A DNA stretch of 64,000 nucleotides. It comes from Octopus vulgaris. Its lineage: Eukaryota. Below, piece by piece: positions 54,423 through 64,000 of this stretch; within the stretch, counting starts at the first letter, position 1; each line of letters begins with the position of its first letter. Where the stretch lies: contig OX597817.1 of NCBI GenBank assembly GCA_951406725.2, forward strand, positions 118,358,001 to 118,422,000, in the 5' to 3' direction. Both the position numbers and the translations under genes were made by a program. The notes under the pieces are model-generated. The model saw only the letters and a program-made list of their open reading frames with translations, made no database searches and had not been told where the DNA came from.

Positions 54423-54984
54423 GCATGTAGATATAGCAAATGAAGCAGAGAATGTTCGTCCATAAAATCGTTTCCCATTTTTATTAATTACAATTTTGTA
54501 AGCACACATTAGATACATGCAAGTCAAGAGTTCGTTTTAACATGCATTAAGAACGATTTGATATTGAAAATGTGCGTTCTCTACCACAATATTATTTCCT
54601 TAAAAGCAACGTAGCTCCATTTCAGTGAATAATGAGTTTCCTTCTGCCAAAGAAGTGAGAAAATGGGCTTAAATTAATTAATTTAGTGTATAGCTGTGAG
54701 TCAATATCAGCGTAAAAAAATTATAAAACAAAACTGAAATGTATAACAGTATGGAATCGTTTTAATGAACAGAAAACATATGCAAACTTCTGTTTATTTT
54801 ATGTTTCATTAGAAATGCGTTGTTTCTTTCATTTTCGCAAGACAGTAAATTATGTTTAAAACAAAAGCGGGTGAATATATGTCACATGTGTGCGGCGTAA
54901 ATTTATAGCGGCTGATAGAAAAAAACAGCTGATGCTGCGAATATAATACTAGGGCCACATATTCAACGACGAAATACTTCGCCG

Positions 54985-55281
54985 AATTGATACCCGTCCA
55001 CTCAATGACGTCGTCACTGAGCCCTGCTTGCGATTTGTAGACCATGTCCTCTGACTAACATTGCCGCGGCATGCGAAAACAACCTTTCTGTGAAAGCCAC
55101 CACATTCTCAAGGGAAAACAAGGGCGACGAAAAGCGACTTGGCGCTGCACATTCATCGATGACCACAAAAGCCATTGGAATTTTATGGGATGGGGCTGAA
55201 ATCGCTGCGGCCGGCCGACTACGTTGGAGAAACCTCGCTGCCCAATGCGCCACACGACGCATGAGGACCTAAGACTAAGAC
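54985..55281 (+). mobile_element. RTE-clade LINE 3' end
   Basis: HVL...GRRKATW...AEIAAAGRLRWRNLAAQCATRRMRT* followed by a (CTAAGA)n tail. Confidence 0.75.
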
Positions 55282-55439
55282 AAAGAAAGAAAATATCTAG
55301 AAGTTAGAGAATGAATTACTGAGCCTCCTTCTTTGTAGTTCATATGAAATATAATATGGTTATGCCCAAAACACACGAAATCCAAAGATATACACAAATA
55401 TGTGTCTATGTATCTTTATGAATGTATATTTGTCATTGT

Positions 55440-56335
55440 TCAGTTTTATTTAAAGATTTCTTGTCAATAAAGAAAGAGCCGGTTTCTAAATTAGATCCAA
55501 CGCTCTTTCATTGGAGTTTCAACATCAACAACAGGGTATTTTTGTTTGTATGTGTATGTGCAGATTTTTTGCTTTATGTATGTATTCTCATGCATATAGT
55601 TACATCTAGACATGCTAATATGTATATAAATGCTTAACTCTTACAGATCTTTACAGTGTTGGATTGGAGCTTTAGTCTTCGAATGAGCCTTCTCCTTTCT
55701 GGATGTGAGAAAACTAATTTCTCAAGATTGGTTTATTAGGCAGTGAGTTACGTATTCAAGTGCTCCAATAATTACAGGTATAAACTTGAACTTGTAAATC
55801 TGGATAGAGTATCTGCACATTTCTCAATAGTTCAGCGTAGGTGTTCTCCTTTTCACTAATCTTCAGCTTTATAAAACCTACTGTCCAGCTATTTTCCACA
55901 ACTGTACACAGTTTCTCTTCTCTATCTCAAATCCTTATATCAGGTCTGTTGAGCTTACATTTTATTGAGGTCTTCAGTGGGACTTTCCACCAGTACTCTT
56001 TTTTATTATAAGTGGCTAATGAGTGGATTCTTATTTCTTTGTCTTCGGCGCGATCCTTCCGACAGATTTCATTATAGAGTGTCCTAGCTAAAAAACCGTA
56101 TATCATCGGTTGATAATACGGTGATGATATTTTCGGACAACTGCTTATGACGTGAGTAATATCTTCGGTGTTAACTCCACAAAGTCTGCATCGGTTATCA
56201 CATTTTACTGCATTTCCTACAGCTCTATTCCTTTTATGCATCAGGCAATTGGTTGATATTTCCTGTTCCTGGGTCGCAAACGCACACGCTTCAAAGTGGG
56301 ATGTAGTAATCCGGCTATTGGTTCATGATGAACTG
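55440..56335 (-). mobile_element. RLE-type LINE 3' fragment (R4/Dong-like, another family)
   Basis: CRLCGVNTEDITHVISSC, EYWW...NRPDI, EKENTYAELLR. Confidence 0.85.
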
Positions 56336-56787
56336 CTTTGACTTTTACAGTGATGTAAAGATGGTTAAAATGCTAGTGAGACAACGAGGGTTCTTCTAAA
56401 TGCTCACTAGCCCTGCTATAAATGAGAGGATATTCCCCTTCAAATGTCATCCCTATGGTCATGAAAAAGGATGCATTTCATAAAGCAGACAGAGAGTTAT
56501 TATGTTTAGTTGAAATAAGTGGAGACGGGAATGGCTGCACCGTGTTTGGCCTTAAGTTTGCTCCACTCGACCTAAACTGAGCAGAATAAGAATATCAAGT
56601 TTGACTCATAAATTTCTGATGGAAATACTAGCCCCCGATATAGTATTATGTTCCTGTGTATCAGAAAACGCTCACTATTTATCTTTGCATATATCGATCA
56701 GGCCTGTATTAGTCGATCAAATTTTAGGGGTCTTATTCCTACTAACAGTGTTGCGACAAATATATAGCTTTATGGACCACCCAAAAG

Positions 56788-56872
56788 CTTGCGAGAGTAT
56801 TTGGAAGCCGTAAATCGAAAAAAGTATGTATATATACTTTTTTCAATTCCCGGCTTCCAAATCCTCTCGCAA

Positions 56873-56873
<1 letters not shown>
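56788..56873. repeat. 86-nt hairpin
   Basis: CTTGCGAGAGTATTTGGAAGCCG... / ...CGGCTTCCAAATCCTCTCGCAAG, about 4 mismatches. Confidence 0.85.
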
Positions 56874-56908
<35 letters not shown>

Positions 56909-56912
<4 letters not shown>

Positions 56913-57070
56913 AGAGTTTACGAAAAAAAAACAACAAAAGACGAAGACAGGTGGTGTACAAAACAAACAGATGTATTAGTATAACGCTCACGGATCGAAA
57001 AGAAGTCTTTTACGTTTCGAGCCTACGCTCTTCAACAGAAAGGGACTCAGAAAAAACAAGGAGAGAAACA
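56909..57070 (-). mobile_element. Solo pLTR-like piece related to the 24340 Penelope end
   Basis: GTCTTTTACGTTTCGAGCCTA(C/A)GCTCT...CAGAAAGG shared with 24355-24393. Confidence 0.75.
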
Positions 57071-57096
57071 ATATATATATATATATATATATATAT

Positions 57097-57128
57097 TATG
57101 ACCCGTCTTTGCCGGGTCATAGTGCTAG
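57097..57128 (+). mobile_element. Helitron-type 3' terminus
   Basis: Hairpin TATGACCCG-TCTTTGC-CGGGTCATA, then CTAG|T. Confidence 0.6.
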
Positions 57129-57539
57129 TGCATGTATATATGTGTATATATATGTGTACATATTACATGTACATCTATATATATATATACATCTACACAT
57201 AAAATACAAAATACAAAGTTATATCTTGATATCGCTAGTGATAACAATACTGAAAATATATAACAGACTGGAATTGTAGGACTATTCCATTTCTGCACGC
57301 TAATTTTAATTTTAATTTATTCCCATTCATGTTAAACCACTTATTCAAGTTCAAATCCTTGATGGAATTTTATACCAATTGCTATTTTTACTTTTGTTAT
57401 GTTACGATTATATTATACTTTAGTTTGATTTTAATTATTACTTACTACATATAATTCAATTGTTATTATTATTTTTATTGTTAAAGTGAAAGTATCTGAC
57501 ATAAAATAATGTTTTTGTTTCACTTTTAACACGTAATAT

Positions 57540-57827
57540 TGAAATAGTGGAGAAGATATGATATTGCTCTGGGCTCGCCCTAGGCAAGAAGTTGACCATT
57601 GTCTTTGCCCATGAAACTACATGGACCCTAAGTAAGGCATGTGTAAAATTTGAATGAAATTGGTTGTGTAGTTCTCGAGTTTTACGGAATCGTAGTGAAG
57701 AAGATATGATATTTCTGTGGGCTCGCCCTAGGCAAAAAGTTAAATGAATGAAATTGGTTGTGTAGTTCTCAAGTTTTAGGGAAGCACACAGACAGACAGA
57801 CACACATTCTCAGTTTATATATATAGA
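57540..57827 (-). mobile_element. Non-autonomous Helitron-like 5' part with internal duplication
   Basis: Minus starts A|TCTATATATATAAACTGAGAATG(TG)n(TCTG)n; GGGCTCGCCCTAGGCAA and GAAATTGGTTGTGTAGTTCTC each occur twice. Confidence 0.6.
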
Positions 57828-57894
57828 TTCTCAGTTTTTATATATACTTATGTGTGTGTATCTGTCTGTCTCTCAGTCTGCGTACTTCTATGTG

Positions 57895-58120
57895 TGTGTG
57901 CCTTTTTGTCTATGTTTGTCTCCACTACCGTTTGAGGACCGGTATTAGTATATATACGTACCAGTAATATGTCGGCTCGGCAAAAATAACCGATAGAATG
58001 AGTACCAGGCTTAAAAATCAAGTACCCAGCTTGATTCGTTCGACTAAGTTTCTTCAGGGTGGTACTTCAGCATGGCCGCAGTCTAATGACAGAAAGAAGA
58101 AAACGATAAAAGATAAAAAG
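57895..58120 (+). mobile_element. SINE family 1 second module
   Basis: CCGATAGAATGAGTACCAGGCTT...CAGCATGGCCGCAGTCTAATGAC. Confidence 0.75.
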
Positions 58121-58504
58121 ATTTTGCTACAGCTTTCCTGTTTTATATTAAGTATCATCAGGAAAATAAAAAGCGTCATAGATTTAGTAACAAGAGATTA
58201 TCATAGTATCGGTAAGAAGAGATTACTGTTGCAACTGCCGAAAGTTTTTGTTGCAACGGGTTATCAGCGTCACTATATAGAATTTGAGATTTAATTTCAT
58301 GTAAACAGAAGGTGAAAATTACTCTGATTTACAAATTTAAGCCTGTGCAGATACGAATACTGTAACATTACCGTATACATTAATATTATCATATATTAAT
58401 GTATCGTATTAATATTATCGTATAAAATAGCAGAACAATATTGTGGCTTACAAATTTAAGTCTGTGTAGAAATTAATACGAATGTATTAATATTATCACG
58501 GTAG

Positions 58505-58590
<86 letters not shown>

Positions 58591-59431
58591 TATATATATA
58601 TATACATGACCTGTTCGTACACACTATTTTGTTATGCAACGGTAGTATACTGCAAAGTATATTAAATGCTTTTATAAGTCAATACAGTATTGACTTATTA
58701 ATATTATCATATGTTAATATATCGTATTAATTTTATCTAATAAGATACAAGAATAATAGTTAAGGAAATATTGGATTTAATATATTTGTTCTAAATTTAC
58801 TATTTCTTTGAAGTTTTCCATAAAATATTTCTATATTTTAAAGAAAGTAAATTATTTAAAAGTATCTCCTCTGCATGTCTCCAAATATTTGCTTAATGGA
58901 ATCTTTCAGTATCGTAGCTGTCATATGTGGTGACTGTGTTTGCATCTTCTGAATCAATGTGCTTTTGGGTTGTCCAACAGAAATATTTTTGGAACTGCTG
59001 CATTCAAAAATACACGCGCACAGACACACAGACAAACAGATACACACACACACACACACACGCGCGCCATCTCTCTCTCTCTCTCTATCTCTCTCTCTGT
59101 CTCACTCACTCACTCACGCAGTACCAATCACTTCTATAATCCATAACATGCCAATTTTAAGTCATTTCAACATTTAAAACCTTACTACTTCATACTACCT
59201 ACATTCCTTCTTATTCTTCCTTCTCTTTCTTCTTCTTCTTCTTCTTTGTCTTCTTCGTCCTCCTCCTTCCTAACTTTACCACTATTGCTGTCTATAATAA
59301 CACATACACAAATTTTATAAACAAAACATTTAAAAGATATGTTTCCTCAATTCAATCACTACTACGACCCACAACGGGTTATTTTCTGGGCAGCTGACCA
59401 TTCAACATACTACTGTCATAGCACTCCCACA

Positions 59432-59497
59432 TTCTTCTTCTTCTTCTTCTTCTTCTTCTTCTTCTTCTTCTTCTTCTTCTTCTTCTTCTTCTTCTTC

Positions 59498-59529
<32 letters not shown>

Positions 59530-59532
59530 CTT
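59432..59532. repeat. (CTT)n microsatellite
   Basis: Direct reading. Confidence 0.95.
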
Positions 59533-59787
59533 CCCTACCAAAAATTCACAACGACCTCAAACCCACAAGAGTAAACAGAGAGAGAGAGATAGCGGCAGGC
59601 AGAAACAAGGAAGATGACACCTGTATTTGAACACTATGCAAATATTCTTTTGAAGAAACTTTTCTTTTAATTTTTCCAAAATTTAATTGTTTCCCATACT
59701 TACAGTTGAAAAGTCTCAATGACTGAAACCGGTACTGAAAAATTTTATATAAAATTATTTTAGCATTTTCTCACTTGACTTTTTTCC

Positions 59788-59818
<31 letters not shown>

Positions 59819-59897
59819 CCCACACACACATACATACACATATACACATACAAGCAAACAAGCATATATACATGCATACGTATATATACATACTTAC

Positions 59898-59947
<50 letters not shown>

Positions 59948-60071
59948 AGTAGGTGAATGAATTATCCCATGTTTATCGTCAGCATGGAAAATTCGTTTAA
60001 CCGAAACCTGTCTTTGAAACTTGTGTCGAGGGTAAAGGAATTTTGTTAACACCTTCGTTCGACTCCATTCT

Positions 60072-60172
<101 letters not shown>

Positions 60173-60699
60173 TGTGTGTATATATATATTATATCTTGTG
60201 TGTGCAAAGAGATGTACGACAGCTGTTGTTATGTTTAGATCTCCATTTAGATTATCATCTTTCGTCTGTTTCCAGCATAACGTTTAAGTAACTCTTATAC
60301 TAAGCAGCATTATGAAATACAGAGCAAGTATATGAAAGGTTAAGATAATGGCTTGTTTATATTGTCAGTTCCTACGTATGTTCCTGAATTATGGTCGCTT
60401 GGAACTTGTTTTTGTTGTTCGAAGCGTATTTCAAAGCTTAAACACATCTTCATGGAACACAGTATTGCCTTAAGTACAGTAAACCGTAAATTGCAACATA
60501 AAGTGTTACCTGGAACAACAAAAGCAGGGTTTGCAGCAACTATAATTGTGAAAAGTAATTAGGAATGATAATACGTTTGTGCTTATCTTAATCTTCCCTT
60601 ATATATACATTTCATGCTTTTATAATTCATCAGCTTTGGGATATAAGGGAGCCACGATTTCTACTTTTTAATTCACTGCCGGTTTTGATAGTTACTGAC

Positions 60700-60832
60700 T
60701 CAGGCAAGGTGTTTGTGGAAGACCAACAGCCACCCATGTGTACCGGTCTCCTCTCTCCTTGCTACCGAGGTTATCCAATGGAAAGGAAAAGAGCGAAACA
60801 ACTTGACAGCAGTGATGTCGCAAATTATTTCT
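60700..60832 (-). mobile_element. SINE tail-type-a fragment
   Basis: GGCAAGG...TGGAAGACCAACAG...CCCATG...GGAAAGG similar to 2438-2565. Confidence 0.6.
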
Positions 60833-60904
60833 AAGTAAATTCGTGCAACTATATACGAAACGATATTTTTTTATCTAATGCTGCTTCCGTCGCTAATAAC
60901 AGTT

Positions 60905-60950
<46 letters not shown>

Positions 60951-61089
60951 GTAGATATATATATAAAACTTACTAGGAAGAAGACGCACGGCGTTCAATC
61001 ATATAATAACAATTTAATAAATAAAACATATGCATACATACATATATGTACATGCCTACATCTATATGTATATATACATGCATATATGT

Positions 61090-61450
61090 GTACAGGACAC
61101 CACAAAAAACGTAGAACACGAGAAACGAAAACATAAAAACAAAACATGGAAACGGACTTTTTTTAACAATGAAAAATCAGAGTACAAGACATACAACACA
61201 AGGGACATTTCCCTTCTTCAGCTGCCCCTGTTTCGACTTATTGCGTGTTTCGAAGGTAAGGGCAGGACACGACTCCGTTGAAACAGTTCTTCCCGCAAAG
61301 CAAATTGAATAAAATTTGGGATTTTCTTGCTGAGGGGAAAAAAAGTGACAAGAACAGGACAGTAAAAGCAATACAAATAAAGATAAAAACAGTGAAAGAC
61401 AAGACAAGGAGAAACAGTCGCTGACCAAAGGGCTGCTAACGTTCTTTCTG
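61090..61450 (-). mobile_element. Relative of repeat family X
   Basis: Shares AAACAGTT(G/C)(C/T)TCCCGCAAAGCA...AATAAA...TTTG(A/G)GATTTT with ~33056-33100; CTGAAGAAGGG on minus. Confidence 0.6.
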
Positions 61451-62063
61451 ACTACTGCCTTCAACAACGGCTACTCCTGTCTTCGTAAGCCGTTTTTTCA
61501 ATGCGTTCAAATGAATTTTTCCACCGTCTAGACTTAAAAAGCCCTTATCGTTTGTATGTATGCATATGTTTTATTTATCAAATTGTTATTATATATATAT
61601 ATTAAGGGTTGAATAGAAAGAACACAACATAGGGAAACATTTAACGAAAAGATGACAAGTGGAAAATTTTTTAAAAGTATAGCAAACGGAAAATTAGACA
61701 AAGTCATAATACAGGGAAAATTCGCGGCTGATTCTTTATCAAACAATGTCCAACACATCTTAGTGCCTTCGTGCTTTTAACATTGATATCACTCAGTCTT
61801 GGCAGCGCCAGAGTAGGAAGCTTCTGGGAATAGCCCACGAATATATACAAGTGCAAAAACTCATTAAAAAACTAGTACAATTAAATATACCCATAAAACA
61901 TAGATGAATAAAAACATGAACCATTCATGGACTCAAAAGAGCAAAATGGACAAGCATAGATAGTGCTATCAAAACAAAACAAATCATTCACAAATAAATG
62001 TGATATGCAAGAGCACACAGAAGAATGGATTCGGATAAAGAATCTAGTGAAATCCATTTTTAT

Positions 62064-62100
<37 letters not shown>

Positions 62101-62426
62101 TTAATGTCTGCAACGGGTACAGGTTATCGGATATGCTTATGAGGTCCATATTTTACAGATCCTATTTCCAAAAATCCGTAATGTTCAGAGAATTAATATA
62201 ATTATTAACAAGAAGGCAGCGAGCTGGCCGGGCAAAGTGCTTAGCGGCATTTTTACAGTCTTTAATTTCGGAATTCATATTCCGCCAAGGTTGAGTTTGC
62301 TTTTCATCTTTTGTGGGTCGATAAAATATGTAAATTTGCAAGTGAAACAGTTGTAAATGCATGTAATAACACAATTTACTCATTCCACTCTCTTTGATAC
62401 TAACAATCATATATATTTGGAGTGTG

Positions 62427-62474
<48 letters not shown>

Positions 62475-63095
62475 TATATATACATACACACGCACACACA
62501 CACACATATATATATATATATTCGCATGAATATAGATGTGTTTTACTGTAATCGATGTGTCTGTTCAAATGTATCACCGTACTCGTAGCTTCCTATATGC
62601 TCATATATGTCGTATCTCAAATTTCGTGCCTACCTATGCATTTATATATGCATAATGTATGAATATACGTGATAATGAATGCATTATTTATATATCTACA
62701 CTACATTTCAACTAATTACAAAGAGTATATTTCATATTTTTACAAGTAACCATTTGTTTTTCCCTAACCAGTCTCACCCTATACGCCAGCATATATGAGT
62801 GCAATGTCCTATATTGGTCACAGATGTAACGAAGAACAGGAAAACATACGTCTGAAATTCATGAAGCCTTTAGTGGTAGATTGGTGAATCAATTGTGTCG
62901 ATACAAGTTTTTCCTGATATTAATGGAAAACATTATTGATCTTTTGGTCGCTTAATTACAGAATTATGCAAACGTCTTTTTCTTCTTTTTTGTTTTTCGA
63001 AAGCAAAATATTTCCATCGGAAGTTGCTTGAAGTTTCACATCGAGGCATCTATACATATAAACCAGCAGAGACACATCTCACATCGCACTCTCAC

Positions 63096-63201
<106 letters not shown>

Positions 63202-63234
63202 GCGTATTGTACGATACAAATAAGAAGATGATAT

Positions 63235-63720
63235 ATTTTCTGATATTGTTATGTGGAAATAGGTACAAGAGTCATGCACTATCGTAGAGGTCAGCGTCCC
63301 AGTAGATTTTGATCAAAAGCCTAGGAAAGAGAGGAACATCTATGGCGAATTAATGCGTGACTTACAGTTCTTGTACCCTGACTATGAATTCTCATTTGTA
63401 CCTATCATCATAGGTGCATTAGGTGATGTACCAACAAACTCGCACAAGTACCTTGAAATACTAGCTTCCCGGAAAAAGAGCAAAAAGAACTTTTGTAAAT
63501 TCTCCAAATCCAATCATAAGTGGTAGAGTGAAAATATGTAAGGGATTCCAAAATTCTCCATGTGAGATTCTTATGTGAATATATGCACACACTTGGGTGT
63601 ATGCATCGACAGTTCAAACAGCAGACCAAATCAACTACATGTTTACAAAAACCGGGAACTCTCTTAACTGAGAATGTCTTCTTGCTTTATTAGCAATCAG
63701 CCTGAACTTTTTCGGGAACA
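63235..63720 (+). mobile_element. RLE-type LINE 3' end
   Basis: PDILL...EVSVP...YGELMRDLQFLYPDYEFSFVPIIIGALG; related to 55440-56335. Confidence 0.75.
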
Positions 63721-63774
63721 TAAATTAAAGACAAAACATATAGACATTCATTAATAAACGTATGTATACATGTA

Positions 63775-64000
63775 CTCTTTTATACTTTTAATCATTTGGC
63801 TGTGGCCATGCTGGAGCACCGCCTTTAGTCGAGCAAATCGACCCAAGGACTTATTCTTTTTAAGCATAGCATTTATTATATCGGTTTCTTTTTGCCGAAC
63901 AGCTAAGTTACGGGGACGTAAACACACCAACATCGGTTTTCAAGCGATGTTAGGCAGGGAGACAAACACAGACACACAAACACATACATATATGCATGGG
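63775..64000 (-). mobile_element. SINE family 1 second module
   Basis: Matches 30270-30460. Confidence 0.85.

Noticed and set aside
58330-58745. Repeated ATTAATATTATC / ACAAATTTAAG blocks
   Set aside because: These are AT-rich local duplications without further structure.
60010-60040. GAAAC-TTGT-GTC hammerhead half
   Set aside because: There is no CUGANGA on the same strand upstream, so it is too incomplete to call.

Overview
Eukaryotic, AT-rich, repeat-saturated DNA with no intact protein-coding gene that I can support. Most entries in the ORF track are translations of microsatellites or decayed transposons. The SINE families and the (TA)n/(CATA)n/(GATA)n/(TAA)n load look like octopus (coleoid cephalopod) intronic or intergenic DNA; this is an inference from recognition, not a search. 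Contents: (i) three tRNA-headed SINE families with modular heads, bodies and tails; (ii) three DD37D (maT-type) and two DD34D mariner relics, a Chapaev3-like transposase relic and Helitron termini; (iii) Penelope-like GIY-YIG fragments, plus many hammerhead-ribozyme-like cores (CUGANGA...GAAA), several at the centre of DNA palindromes; (iv) an ~11.5 kb stack (37.35-48.84 kb) of co-oriented R4/Dong-type RLE retrotransposons mostly separated by (TAA)n runs. The stack includes a near-full-length copy, a ~530 bp non-coding passenger with a Dong-like 3' end, and a minisatellite whose units resemble retrotransposon 3' tips. Coordinates were read by eye and boundaries are approximate.
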